Source of the DNA: an uncultured Armatimonadia bacterium
GTDB taxonomy: Bacteria; Armatimonadota; Zipacnadia; CAVVLO01
Assembly: GCA_963749155.1 (NCBI GenBank)
Contig: CAVVLO010000002.1
Span: 864,001 to 928,000 of the forward strand
Length of the DNA: 64,000 nucleotides
Reading direction: 5' to 3'
Positions 28,694 to 40,530 of this stretch are shown here, piece after piece (position 1 is the stretch's first letter; every line of letters begins with the position of its first letter). The translations under genes and the position numbers were made by a program. The notes beneath the pieces are model-generated. The model searched no databases. It was not told where the DNA came from and saw only the letters and a program-made list of their open reading frames with translations.

Positions 28694-28741
28694 GCTTCTT
28701 TCACCTCGGCCGCCCGCAGCACAGGCAGAGTGCAGCGCTTA

Positions 28742-30067
28742 TCAATATAGGTCACGAACAGCAAGCCCCGTTGCAACGGCGAGCAGGGGCGACAGCTTCC
28801 TGGCTTGCTCGGGGTCAACTTTCGGCCCCAGCTTCATTCCAGCAGTCACATCGGCGATTACGACAGGAAGCCCGAGCTGGCCCTGAACATAGAGCGCCAG
28901 ATTGCGCAAGCCGGTCATTCCGCCTGTAAGGAATACTTTTACGACCTCATGGTCGGGATTCCTGCTTTGATAAAATTCGAGTGAGCGTTCTAGTTCTGCG
29001 ACCAGGTCACTAATGATGGGAGTAATGACCTCGCCAAGAGCCGCCATGGTTTCATCTTGAGGAACATCCCAGCCTGGCGCTTCAGCGACAGGTGCAGGCT
29101 CAGGCGCCGGAGCAGGGGCTTCAGGCTCGGGGGCCTTCGGCTCCAGTCCTTGTACTCCGCCACCGGGCAGACTAAAGTCATCTTCCTCTGGCAGATCGAA
29201 CTGAGGGCCATCAACAGTATCCTGGTAAGCAGCCGGACCGGTTGCAGGCGCCCCAGGGGCAGTGTAGTCGCCCATCGCACTGAAGCCTATCCCGCCACCT
29301 TCGCCCGATTCGTCTTCTATGAGAACGATACCGAAGTCACACTTGATGCGCTCGGCTTCTTCACGATCGATGGTGAACTCGTTGGTAATGGCCCGGTTGA
29401 TATTGTCAGAGCCTATATTGAGGCCGCGGACAAAGGTCAATCCACCATTACTGAAGACTGAAAGCGTGGTGCCCGAGAAGCCCATATCCACGACCGCAAT
29501 GGTCTTGCCACTGCCATCGCCCCATTGACCGCCTTCCTGGGTAAGCATAACGGCGCGGCCAGCAGCGGTAGGCGGTACCTCAATGCCTACAGTTGTGAGC
29601 TTGGCTTTCTTGACCACGGTAAGCTCGGCCTCGATTGCCTCTTTTTGCGCCGCAGCCAGGACGACTTTCATCGTGGGCTGGTCTTCGCCACCCGGAACGG
29701 CCTGGAAGTCAGTTTCTACTTCATCAGCCGGGAACGGTACGTGGCGTTCGAGATCCATCTTCATCGTAGTAGCCAGATCTTTGGCAGTCATGCGCTCCAT
29801 ATCAATGACGCGCGTAACCGCAGCAGCCTGGCCGCTGATGGAGACGATCGTGTTGCGGTTGGAGAAAGGAGCCGAAGAAAGCAGATCCGCAATGGCGCCG
29901 GCAAGTGCATCGGCGTCAGTGATGAGTCCACCTTCCATTGCGCCAGTAGGCACGGGAAGGGCAGCTGCCGCAGCTAGCTCTAACCCTTCTCTGCCTGCGT
30001 GGATCTCCACGGCTTTGATATAGCTAGTTCCGAGATCAAGACCCAGTGCGGTAGCAGCCTTTGCCAT
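28742..30067 (-). CDS. pilM: Type IV pilus assembly protein PilM (actin-like) with an acidic Pro-rich insertion
   Basis: LGLDLGTSYIKAVE, VDMG, LERSLEFY, VFLTGG, AVATGLA. Confidence 0.93.
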   Translation of the reverse strand: MAKAATALGLDLGTSYIKAVEIHAGREGLELAAAAALPVPTGAMEGGLITDADALAGAIADLLSSAPFSNRNTIVSISGQAAAVTRVIDMERMTAKDLATTMKMDLERHVPFPADEVETDFQAVPGGEDQPTMKVVLAAAQKEAIEAELTVVKKAKLTTVGIEVPPTAAGRAVMLTQEGGQWGDGSGKTIAVVDMGFSGTTLSVFSNGGLTFVRGLNIGSDNINRAITNEFTIDREEAERIKCDFGIVLIEDESGEGGGIGFSAMGDYTAPGAPATGPAAYQDTVDGPQFDLPEEDDFSLPGGGVQGLEPKAPEPEAPAPAPEPAPVAEAPGWDVPQDETMAALGEVITPIISDLVAELERSLEFYQSRNPDHEVVKVFLTGGMTGLRNLALYVQGQLGLPVVIADVTAGMKLGPKVDPEQARKLSPLLAVATGLAVRDLY

Positions 30068-30209
30068 TTGCCAAAAGCCCCCCGTGCAGAATCTGGCCGG
30101 ATGGCCTCGATTGCGCTAAAAGGCAGTTCGATGTACCGGACCTAACTCCCGCCAATGCAGCAAAAGATGGAGCCAGGCTTGCCGCTACAAGCGGCACTCC
30201 CTCGCCGGG

Positions 30210-30238
30210 AGTATACGACACGATATGCCCAGTGTCAA
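30210..30238 (-). promoter_or_regulatory. Sigma70 promoter for pilMNOPQ
   Basis: TTGACA-N17-TATACT, about 135 nt upstream of pilM. Confidence 0.8.
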
Positions 30239-30263
30239 GCAAAGACAAGCCTGGTGCGGGTTC

Positions 30264-33200
30264 TTAGTCCTCCTGGATCATTGTCTCATAGTCAGGCATG
30301 ACGGAGGTGAAGTAAACATCCATCCCTCCGTACTCGCCCGGTGCGGCGTCGCTGACTCGGGCACTGGTCCAGAACACCCAATACTTCGTCCCGATTCCAG
30401 AGTCTCCTCCCCCATTGTCATAAGGAAAATCTTCTGAAGTTACATTGAAGTCTCCCTCATGCACGAGGTGGTGCATTGGAACCTGGGCGGGTCTGCTCCA
30501 GGCGACGTCGTCAGCTGTGCCAACCCCTAGCTTGTACATCAACTGGGAGGTACGCTCGAAGCCGAGTTGCTCCCAGAACAACGCGAACTGGTCGGCGGAA
30601 TAACTCGAAACCAGGACTGGATTATTATCATCCCGGACCGAGGTCGTCGCTCTGTAAGTGAAGGGCGAATAGGCGATGCTGAGCCAGGCGTCAAAAACTC
30701 CAAGCACTGGACCCGAGATAGGCCTGCCAAATTGCAGCCGGCCATTTACCGGGTCGATGGTGGCTTGCATACCTGCCAGCAGCGGATTGGTTAGCGTTAC
30801 CCTGAATACGCCGCTGGTTGGCTCATAAGAACCTATCGCCGGTATCCAGGTCAGCTCTTCTTCGTGCTGTACCCCTCCTGCAATGTAATCCAGGAAGATC
30901 CGGGGGTCGTCCCCAGTACGCACATTCAGGAAGTTATCGGTGGCCAACCAGTCGAGATGGCGCGTCCAGAAGACTCGCCGGCTCGTATCCACGCCAAGCA
31001 GCTCGCGAGGATTATTACCGGCTACGCCAGTAGTGCCGATGCGGGCAAAGGGCAAACGCCCGTAGTTGAGCGCCGCGTTGCTGATCTGGTTGAACACGAA
31101 GCGAGACAGATAGACATCTTCGTTCCCGAAGTTGGAGTTATACCCCGTGTAGGCGAGATAAACATACTCGCGCCCACCACTGTCGGTAAAGAAGAAGCCG
31201 GAAGGGCTCCTTGGTGTAGCTGAGGCTGGCCGCGCGCGGCCGGATGACCGGCGTTGCCAGGCCAACCAGCGGACTGGACCAGCTATCGGTAGAGTTAAGG
31301 GCAGCCATCCCGATAGGCATTGGATTCGCTTGCACAGTAGCAGCGCCCGCATTCACCATCAGACCGACAAGCTTGGGGGTGCCTCCGACATAGGAAGTGG
31401 CGCCAAGCAGATGCAGGCCTGGGATCTGGGGCACTCCGGCAGGCGCAGTTACATCTCGCAGGGCAAGCTGGGTGCTTGTTGCCCCCTGGAAGGTCAGCTG
31501 CACCGCGGCAGCGCCTTCCTGGGAGACCCAGAGTTCCTGCATCATAGCTGCGGGATCTGTGCTCGAGGCACTGCGCTGCAAGTAGGTATAGACCGTCCCA
31601 CCCAGCTCCACGATGTTGGAGCAAGGCAACAGGCCGGCTGGCCCTGCTATAGCAGCCGGGGCCGCGAAGTTCCAGTGGCGGTAATTGGGATCTATGCCTC
31701 CCACAAACGGCAAGCCTTGCTTCCACCAGACTTGTCCAGCCATGTCGGCATAAGTAATCGCAAGCCGGCTCGAGACATTGGCGGCATCCGGCACGAAGGT
31801 GGCGCGTGGCCGGTAGGCGTTCGACACCCAGCTTCCCAGGTCGCCCGAGAGCGGAGTCTCAGTGATGGTCGTCTTCAGGTTTACCTGAGCCTGCAGAGGC
31901 TCGGCGCCAGCCGTGCTCGAAAGCTGCAGGATACCCGAATAGGTCCCAGCCGGCTGGCCGGTGGGCACTGGATCGGGCAAGTTCAGTCCAAGCCTGAGAG
32001 GCACAGGATTCACCTTGCCGGCAAGCCTGCCCACATATTGGGTCACAAGCGGCGTACTGGTAAAGGGATCCCAGTGCAGGTTCGTGCCAAATATCGGCGC
32101 GAATTCTGTCTGGCCGGACTCCGGCGTACCGATGCGACGCAGCAAAGCGCTCGCGGCGATATTAAGTTCGGAGCCAGCGCCAAGCACCTCAATCGGCACG
32201 TTACCGGCGTTCAACACTCGCAGGTATTCGTCCTGGGAGAAGCGGTAGGGCCCATAAGGCGCAGTCGCATCGACCCCTGGCGAAACGAGGCCAAGGTCGA
32301 TGGTGTTTTGATCGGTATCCGCCGAGAAGACCTGCGGTACAGAGACGCGCAGGTTGACCAGGTCATAGTCTTCACCCAGAGCGACATTCTGCTGTCCATA
32401 AAGCGGAGCCCCACAGATGGGACATTCACCAGGATGCTCCGAGGCGTCTACTTTTTCGCCGCAGAAGGGACAGATCATAAAGTCGCCCGAGACTGTGAAG
32501 TCGTTATCGCCAACGCTCGACAGGCCATCTCCAAGCACGTCCGAGAAGGCGCGCAGGCTGCCCCAATAAGCGGCCGGGACTCCTTCAGAGGCCAGAAGCT
32601 GTGATATGGCTGAAGAACCGGCTGTATAATTCAGGCCATAGGCATCGCCGCTGGGCGGCTGGAAGTTGGGCACTCCAATGCTTACCCTGATACTCATTGC
32701 GCCCCGGTTCTCGACCCTCGGCAGGTTCGGGTTGGTGGCACTTGCACCCTGGGTTGGATCCATCGGATTATCAGCATAAGTCGCATCAGCCTCAACTCGG
32801 CTGTTGCCCCAACCACTCCAGACAGTCCACACCTCGGGCGAGACGGTAACATCCTGCCTGGTGAGCGGCACGGGCTGTTCCCAGTTGCCGGCATTACCAG
32901 GATACGGCCAGGGGATCTCGGACGTAGCCAGTGACTTGGCCAGGCTATACTTGACTTCAGTCACATTGGAATTGCCGCCATCGCTCCAGGTATCAAAGGT
33001 GAAGCGGGTGGAAATATCCTCGGCATCGGTGCCAGTCCGCACTTCCAGACGCAAACTGTCGATAGCAATTGTGACGCCAGCCAACTGGTTGAAACGCGAA
33101 CGGCCCGCGTCATAATCTCCGTCATCTTCGAAGCAAAGCAAATCATACTGGGTGGCTGTATCAAAGCTGATAGTCCAGTGGCGGGTATGCATATCGATAC

Positions 33201-35257
33201 TTCCGCTGGCATCAGGCTGTACCCAAAGGCGCACATGGGCATTGCCCGGGCCATCCAGTTTCACCGGCATCGTGAAATAGGAAGCTTCCCGGTTTTCGAG
33301 CCGGATCCACTTGAGCTCGCTGCGCGCGCCCGGCCGCACTCCAGTGTCGTCCTGCGAGAAGGTCGTGATATCCACAAAGGGATCGGCATTTACGCGCGTA
33401 TTGGGATTGCGCAGGTCGAAGAGTTCGCTTATCTGCTCTACTGGCCTGTCGTTGGCACCGGGATTACCGTTTGGCTCGTCATAGTAATAACCAGGTGTAT
33501 CTACGCTACTGACAAAGAAGTCTGTCTTCAGCTCCGGCCAGTAGTCCCACCAGAACACGGTATCATTCGGGTCGGCGAAGGGATACATATACTCTGACTT
33601 CACATACCCAACATGGCCCTCAGTGCCAGCCCTTCGGAAAGCAGAACCTGCCTGCGGTGGCATCACAGTCGGGTCGGTCGGGTAGATGAAAGGCCCTGCG
33701 CCAGTTACGTTGATATAGTCATCTTCAGGCCTGGCTGCGCCTTGCGGTGGGGCCAGGAACCGCTGACCAGGCCGAGTGATGATATCTCCGCCTCCAGGCA
33801 GTGTCTTGCTGAAAGGCGCAAGCGTGGCGCCTGGCACTCCCCCAACAGGGGGTATCTGCGCGCCTGGCTGGTTGGTGTAGAAGACATAAAAATCTCCACC
33901 TGTCGGCCAGAGAGTAGCCGCCGCGCCGCGGTCACGCACCATAAAACTGACTTCATTTACATAGATGTTTGCCGAAGCGCCCATTGGCGCGTTAAGGTCC
34001 AGGTTGACCGTTACCCCGGGTATCAGATTGAGATTGGCGTAGGAAAGGCCTCCTGGATCGAAAAACATATCCATCCACATATAGCCATCAGAACCCAGTG
34101 GCTGTGTAGACAAAAATATCCGGGAAGAAAGGTGGTAGACCCGGAATCAGCATGGTGAGAGTGACATTATAGACAACCGGCTCCCAGGCCTGCGTGTCAG
34201 GGCCAGAGAACCAGGCGGGCAATTCGCCATTCAGGTCTGCAGGCGACAGATTCGCGAAACCAGGATCTGCCGGGTCAACCAGCTCGGTGTAAAGGGCCAG
34301 GTCAGGTTCCCACAAGGCGCCTGTGGTGTTGTCAACACGCACCGATACGAACTGGTCATTGTCATAAGTAGCGCCAGCGTGGGTGTCGGTTTCCCATATG
34401 CTTCCGATACCGGCATATTCATAGCCAAGACCATGTGGGCCAGTGCCACCTGGCGTTGGATACAGCAACACATAGGCATTTTCGTGTTCGTCGCCTGCCG
34501 GCGCATCCAGGAAACGCACAAACCAGGGCATTGCCTGATGGGTCACAGGATGCTCCGGACTAGTAGGAGTGATTACATTATTAGTGTTTACAAGCGACAT
34601 CAGGACATTGGCGTCAGCCGTGGCAGTGAGATGCCTGCGAGGCGGGGTCGAGGTCGGCACCATCCCGGGTTGGACCAGTTCAAGGCGTACGCGCGGGTTG
34701 CCCCCTGTAAACTGCCCCCAGATATCGGAGGGATAGAGTTGCTCGTTCTGCAGCCCGTCTCCGGCTGCATCAAAGTCACCAATTGACAGGAAGAAAGGAT
34801 CGCCCGGATGCAGTGGATGCCAGGGCAGCAAGTTGTCGCCGGAGATATTGTAAGCAGTGAAAGTCCACTGGTCTCCATCGGAGGCGAAGACATTGAGCAT
34901 TACCGAAAGCCCATTGCCCACGAGCGGCGTGCCGAGGGCTTCTGTATCGATAACCGGACCAGAAGCCAGGCGCAGAGTCGCGTTGCCGCCATTAACTTCA
35001 ACCTCGTAATCATCTGGCACGAGGCTCTTGGCATCTACGACGCGTAGATACTCGAGGCCTCCAAGGCTCGTGTTGCCGGGGTCGGGCACCGGATAACTAA
35101 GGCGAGGCCTGGAATTGCCTCTCCAGATGGTCCCATTACGGTCCTGACCCAAATCTACTCTCAGATAGGGATCAGCCCCGACCAATGTGGCCAGGCTTGT
35201 CAGCAGGGCCACCAGTATTATCAGTCTTGCACCAAGGCGCTGTATCACTGCTCTCAC
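30264..35257 (-). CDS. Giant (~1,660 aa) secreted pilus-associated protein with an internal zinc ribbon; split by +1 frameshifts near 34114 and 31200
   Basis: ORFs 34088..35257, 31138..34113 and 30264..31352 fuse after removing one T (T5 run) and one C. Signal peptide; beta-rich; CPFCG...CPICG. Confidence 0.6.
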
Positions 35258-35320
35258 TCCCTCAGCCGAAACAAACTCGACTCGAGCCGGACCGGCCTTC
35301 AGGCCGCTCCGTGGGCAACA

Positions 35321-38300
35321 CTATCTGCGTATGACGCAGGCAGGCTGCTCGATGGGGTAGGTCTTGGCGTCTTCCGCCAACAAGTTCGGATCAGGCATAA
35401 CTTCCAGGATGACCTTTGCCGGCGCGGCCGGCCCAGTCAACTCGAGCACTTCGCTTGAGCGCATATTCCAGCCTGTTGGGTTGTAGCAGTGGTTCACAAT
35501 CAGGTAGTTATTGCTGTCAAGCTGCTCGGCCCATATGGGCTTGAAGGCCTTCCACGGAGCGCCCGGCCCAGGACCGATATTGTCGACACCTGGATCGGCA
35601 TAATAATCGGCTGCCGTGTAAGACCAGATAAGCTGGTTGGTGATGGCGTCTACCACGAAGACACCCTGAATAAGGTCTTCGAAGTCGGCATCGTTGTTTA
35701 CATACTGGGCTGGGGTAGGCGCGCCGCCGGTCCAGTTGTTTATGTCGCGCTCGTACATCGAGCCGACCAGGATAAGCCGGCCGTCTCGCTGGATGCGCAC
35801 CATCTGGATATGGCCCATCCGGGTCGCGAAGAACATCGGTATAGGTATGGGATGTCCGCTGCCTCCGGCCATGGTAAAAGCTGTACCTGCCGTATATTCG
35901 GCAGCTCCATAAGGCGGTGTGGCCATCATCAGGGGAATCAAAGAAGCTGGATCAAGATTCAATACCCGGTTGATACGGCATACCCGCCCATCATTCTCGA
36001 CCCCTGCCAGCACCTGAAGACTAAGCTGGCTAACCCAGCCGGAACCGGCCATCAGATAATTCACAGTTGTAGGCTTGTTGATGGTCACGGTCGAATACCG
36101 GGCCGCGAAGGGCCGGTCTACTCCAGGCATCAAAGCCCAGGTAGACGAGAGGACGAACGTCGGCGAAGTGATATCTGGCCTGCTTTCGTAGTGGACGGTG
36201 GCAAGCAGCCGGTGGTTGCCCTGATCGGCCACCACGGTAATAAGCAAGTAATCGTCCACAAGCCCATCGCCATTGAAGTCTACAGGCAGCTCTTCCCGGT
36301 CCACGTTAACCGGATCTCTCACATCGAGGATGTCCGAGTTGAAACGCCCAGCATTGTCTACCGGCCAGATGAGCTGACCGCCGCGATCAAACTCGACCAC
36401 GCGGTTGTTGCCCGTATCAGCCACCAGCAAGTTGCCTGTATGGAGGAGCTTCATAGCCTGAGGGCGATTGAAGCTGCGCTCGGCATTGGCGTCCATATAG
36501 CCTGCCGGAGCAACCTCTCGCGTGCCTACGGCTTCCCAGGTGACCTTGCCATTGCCCGCCAGTTCGACGATGCGGTTGTTGTCCGCTATCAAGGTCTCTG
36601 CGCTATACAGACCAACCAGGAAACCACTGTCATAGGTCGCGCCATCGTGCATCTCGGCGGTTGTATAAAGCCCACCCGAGCCAGGTGAAGCAGCGGCGCT
36701 GAAGACCGCCGTCACGCCGGGAGCGCCCATAAGGTTCTCGAAGTAGTTGCGGAAGTTCGCCCTCGGCCAGACATACGGGCGCACGCTGTCCTCGCTCGGA
36801 TCCCATTCCAGAGAAAGCAGCCGGCCGTCATCAGGCACCCCATCGAGGTTGAGATCCTCGCCAGTTGGCGCGGTACCCGTGTGGATGAGGAAGTTGGTCG
36901 CCGAAAGCGAGCCGCGGGTTGGCCCCACATCATAAGGCAGGAAGTGCATCTCCTGATGGGTGGTGCCACCCAGGTCATCGTAAGTAACGAGGACCTTGCG
37001 CCCCTCATAAGGATCGGCGCCCGCATTCAGCTCGATTTTGCCGGTATCTCCATCAACATTCGCGATAACAGCGCTGATATCCACAAGCCCGGTCGGGGTG
37101 TAGACCTCGAGGGTAGTGGCCACACCCGTATCGATTGGATATCGATGGGTCTGTAGCACATAGGGAGTATAAATCCAGCGCGCCAGGTCGGTCTTGGAGC
37201 GCACGACCTCTACACCATCCACCTCAACGATAAGCTCGCGGTTGTAGATGGAGCCGCACCTGCAATCTATCAGATCACCGGTCGCAAGCTCCTTCAACCC
37301 GATGATATTGCCAGCGGCCTTGGCATCGAAGAGGATGACCCCGTTTTCGTAATCCACGACATACTGATCGCCGCGGACGACGAAGGGATTCCCCGGCTCG
37401 AGTGGATCGGGTATCAGGCACTCGACAGTGGAAAGCTCGCTGACACCGACATTCGAGAACTTTATGGCTAGCGGCGCATCGAGTTGAAGCGCGGCGATGC
37501 CGGGCCATTCGAGGCCGGGCAGGCCCCCGCTGACATCCCACCAGTGAGCCTGCATGATGGGCGTCCTGTCGAGCCAGGCCATATTGCCGTCGAGATACCA
37601 GGACTGCAATTCATCACTAGGTTGCAGGCCCATCGATTCGGGATTGAAGGACCAGACAGGCTTGCCTGTCTCCGAATCAAGCCAGCGCCCGTTGGAAATC
37701 GACTCAGGCTGACCTGCGGTTACCGCAGGGCTGGTTGGCGCGAGGGTGCCCAGGGTGGTGACGATGGCATCGCCGCTGCCCATCTGGCGCACCCCGGTAA
37801 AGCTTTCGGTATGCGAGCCACCGCTGCCATAAGTTATATCCCAGTCGCCGCCACTGGCGCCTTCGACCACCACTATACCTGTCAGCGGATCGAAAGTATT
37901 ACTTGCGCGAACTTTTACAGTCTGCGTGCCAACGGTATCAGCGTCGATATCCCGGGTTGTGTCAATCGGCGCCTGCGTAAGCGTAACATGCCTTACAGCG
38001 CCTCCCTGCAGATAATCAAGCTGGACTACCTGCTGGTCATCGGGCGTATCAGGCGTGCGATATATCGTCCGATAGATAGCCGAACAACCGGCAGGCACCG
38101 TCACATCCACACTGCCAGGCCCTGTTACGACAACGCTTAGCCCGTTCGCTTCAACCTTTACAGGCTCGACATGGACATCGCCCAGGCCGCTTGGATCGGC
38201 ATCGAAGCCGAACTCGATTGGCTGGTTGGAGACCCGGTAGATGCCACCGGCGCCATCGGTCCACTTTTCGGGCGTATGAATCCAGTGCATCTCGTTATCT

Positions 38301-40432
38301 ATGGTTGTTCCGGAGCTGGTCGTATAATCAAACCGCACTCTGTGGCCCTGATAGGTGCCGGATATTAGCAAATGGTTGGTCTGGGCCGGGTCGGGAATAT
38401 AGTCCACGCCATCAACCAGCGCTACCCAGTTGCCAGGGGTCATCTCGACTTCTACCGAAGTGGTAGTGTTGCCCTGGCCGCCTTGCCATTCATACACTCG
38501 ATACGCCCAGGCCTTCGTCCAGCCATTGGGATTATCAAAGGTGGGATAATCGTCAAGGTCGATTTCTTCACCTGGATCGATCTGGTAGGTCGTCCCCCCA
38601 TAAGCCGTCAGGGTCAAGGTATCGGTCATTGCGTTGTTGACTTCGCGCCGAACAGCGGCAACGCTCGGAGCAGGGGGCTTGCGCCAGTCGGCTACGGCAT
38701 CAGCCGTGTTGGTAAGAGGCCCGACGTGAGAACGCTTTGCGCTGCCGTCTCCATAGGTGGCAGAAGGATCGGGATACTCCCAGACCAGATCGCCAGTAGC
38801 CAGCTCATAAGCACGGAAGCCCGTTACCTGGGCTGTGGTGAGGGAATCCTCATATTCACAGGCCACGTAGACCACATTGCTGTGTAACACAGGGCTCGAG
38901 ATGGCAACCGGGGTTGGCTCCGAGCCTGGGTTGTCGCCAATAATCTCATCCCAAAGCAACTGGGGCGCATTGAGCGGGTTGGGCCTGGCCAGATAAGCCC
39001 CGATATAGCCTTCCTGTGCCCCTGGGTCTTGCGTGGTGAACACGACAACATCCAGGTTGGGCGTAACTGGTGGCGGGGCAGCCGGATCTTCAACCGTGCC
39101 TACGGCGGGCGAATTATAAAGAGCTACGCCCGGCATTGTGTCAGTCCAGAGGGCATCGGCCGGCGAGCCGGTGACATAATCGGCTACGCCATCATCCGCA
39201 TAACCGTCGTTGTCCAGATCGCCCTTGGGAGCAGCATCAAAGGCTCCCACCAGGGAGTTGCCCACCACATAATCAGGTTCATCGCGCATCATATACACGA
39301 CGCCCTTGTATTCGGTTGGCGTCGACCGCGATGGGCCAGCAAGTGGAGCATACCAGCGCAGCGAAAGAGGCAAGGTCAGATCTTCGATGCTGCTGGCATA
39401 ATGGCGCGGCACAGCGCCCTGCTGGGTCCATTTGCCACTCAGGTTGCAGGAGTTGTAAAGCAGCTTGATGTCGCCGACTGTGCTGTCCGGTGGGGCTGTA
39501 AGGCCTATCTCCATCCAGCTGCTGACATCGCAGAAGACATCGCAGCCAGACATTATTACATTGCCACTGCCATAAGCGCCGCGCACCAGAGTGGCATCTC
39601 CGCCAATCTGCACGACCTGGTGCATCTCCTGCGGGTCATAATCGGTGACCCAGTCGGTGCCCCAGGTGGTATCTCCCATATTGGCTATCTCATAGGTAGA
39701 CAGCTCGAAGGGCGTGGTCAACATAGCGTCGGAAGGGTCCACCGCATATTTCCAGTAGACACCTGGCATACTGGCGCCGCCATCATCGAAGAACTGCAGA
39801 CGCGTGATAAAGCGAGAGGAGTCCTCCACAAAAGTGCCTGACGTATTGTTGTAGCCGATACGCGCGCCGTGGCAGTTGTCAATCCACAAGGTCGCGCCCG
39901 CATCTACGATCTGCTTCAGATACCGCAGGTCGTTGTCGCTGAACACGACCGGATGGTGAGTTGTAATCAGTACCAGGTCGAAGTTGCCAAGTTGGGTAAC
40001 AGTAGAGGCGTTAAGCGGTACTTCCCAATACTGAGGCATCTCCTTGCTTATAAGTCCGCCGGGCGCAGCAAAGGTCCAGGGCTTGTAGAGGCCTGTCATA
40101 CCCCAATAGCCAGCTTGGGAAGCAGGTGTACCGGCGCCTCCTCCTGCGTGACCTCCGTCAAGCCACCAGTCCCAAATCTGTTGCGTGACCAGAATTGGCG
40201 CCAGGGGATTGTCAAAATCCCAGTTGGCTGGCAGGAAGTTGGACCTGCGCATCGCCAGTATGATATTCGGATCAGGGTTCTCCCAGTTGGTCGACTGGAT
40301 AAGCAACTGGCAGACCTTGAACGTATGCTTCTTCTGAGTTGGATAGTTGAAGATTTGCGCCAGGGCGCCGGTAGCGAAGCTAGCCAGCAATCCCATCAAG
40401 ATAAGCGTAATCAGCACGCGCGACTTCTTCAT
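35321..40432 (-). CDS. Giant (1,703 aa) secreted protein with PQQ-like/NHL beta-propeller segments; candidate PilY1-like adhesin
   Basis: Signal peptide; N-terminal DUF4159/GATase-like alpha/beta segment; LRW...STP...GVVY and SSPVLHSNVVYV blades; NHL motifs LIADNNRIVE, LVADTGNNRVVEFD, VADQGNHRL; DxDxDG motifs. Confidence 0.7.
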   Translation of the reverse strand: MKKSRVLITLILMGLLASFATGALAQIFNYPTQKKHTFKVCQLLIQSTNWENPDPNIILAMRRSNFLPANWDFDNPLAPILVTQQIWDWWLDGGHAGGGAGTPASQAGYWGMTGLYKPWTFAAPGGLISKEMPQYWEVPLNASTVTQLGNFDLVLITTHHPVVFSDNDLRYLKQIVDAGATLWIDNCHGARIGYNNTSGTFVEDSSRFITRLQFFDDGGASMPGVYWKYAVDPSDAMLTTPFELSTYEIANMGDTTWGTDWVTDYDPQEMHQVVQIGGDATLVRGAYGSGNVIMSGCDVFCDVSSWMEIGLTAPPDSTVGDIKLLYNSCNLSGKWTQQGAVPRHYASSIEDLTLPLSLRWYAPLAGPSRSTPTEYKGVVYMMRDEPDYVVGNSLVGAFDAAPKGDLDNDGYADDGVADYVTGSPADALWTDTMPGVALYNSPAVGTVEDPAAPPPVTPNLDVVVFTTQDPGAQEGYIGAYLARPNPLNAPQLLWDEIIGDNPGSEPTPVAISSPVLHSNVVYVACEYEDSLTTAQVTGFRAYELATGDLVWEYPDPSATYGDGSAKRSHVGPLTNTADAVADWRKPPAPSVAAVRREVNNAMTDTLTLTAYGGTTYQIDPGEEIDLDDYPTFDNPNGWTKAWAYRVYEWQGGQGNTTTSVEVEMTPGNWVALVDGVDYIPDPAQTNHLLISGTYQGHRVRFDYTTSSGTTIDNEMHWIHTPEKWTDGAGGIYRVSNQPIEFGFDADPSGLGDVHVEPVKVEANGLSVVVTGPGSVDVTVPAGCSAIYRTIYRTPDTPDDQQVVQLDYLQGGAVRHVTLTQAPIDTTRDIDADTVGTQTVKVRASNTFDPLTGIVVVEGASGGDWDITYGSGGSHTESFTGVRQMGSGDAIVTTLGTLAPTSPAVTAGQPESISNGRWLDSETGKPVWSFNPESMGLQPSDELQSWYLDGNMAWLDRTPIMQAHWWDVSGGLPGLEWPGIAALQLDAPLAIKFSNVGVSELSTVECLIPDPLEPGNPFVVRGDQYVVDYENGVILFDAKAAGNIIGLKELATGDLIDCRCGSIYNRELIVEVDGVEVVRSKTDLARWIYTPYVLQTHRYPIDTGVATTLEVYTPTGLVDISAVIANVDGDTGKIELNAGADPYEGRKVLVTYDDLGGTTHQEMHFLPYDVGPTRGSLSATNFLIHTGTAPTGEDLNLDGVPDDGRLLSLEWDPSEDSVRPYVWPRANFRNYFENLMGAPGVTAVFSAAASPGSGGLYTTAEMHDGATYDSGFLVGLYSAETLIADNNRIVELAGNGKVTWEAVGTREVAPAGYMDANAERSFNRPQAMKLLHTGNLLVADTGNNRVVEFDRGGQLIWPVDNAGRFNSDILDVRDPVNVDREELPVDFNGDGLVDDYLLITVVADQGNHRLLATVHYESRPDITSPTFVLSSTWALMPGVDRPFAARYSTVTINKPTTVNYLMAGSGWVSQLSLQVLAGVENDGRVCRINRVLNLDPASLIPLMMATPPYGAAEYTAGTAFTMAGGSGHPIPIPMFFATRMGHIQMVRIQRDGRLILVGSMYERDINNWTGGAPTPAQYVNNDADFEDLIQGVFVVDAITNQLIWSYTAADYYADPGVDNIGPGPGAPWKAFKPIWAEQLDSNNYLIVNHCYNPTGWNMRSSEVLELTGPAAPAKVILEVMPDPNLLAEDAKTYPIEQPACVIRR

Positions 40433-40530
40433 TGGCTTTTCCCCCTGGACCCCACGGGTCAAGGTACAGACGAAGTTCAAGTCCTTCGAGCCTGGCTCGA
40501 AAGCAGCGTCCAGCTAAACTCTGCCAGGAG

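Noticed and set aside
30068..30205. c-di-GMP riboswitch upstream of pilM
   Set aside because: I could not find the GEMM-I GCAAA/GNRA tetraloop-receptor pattern by eye.
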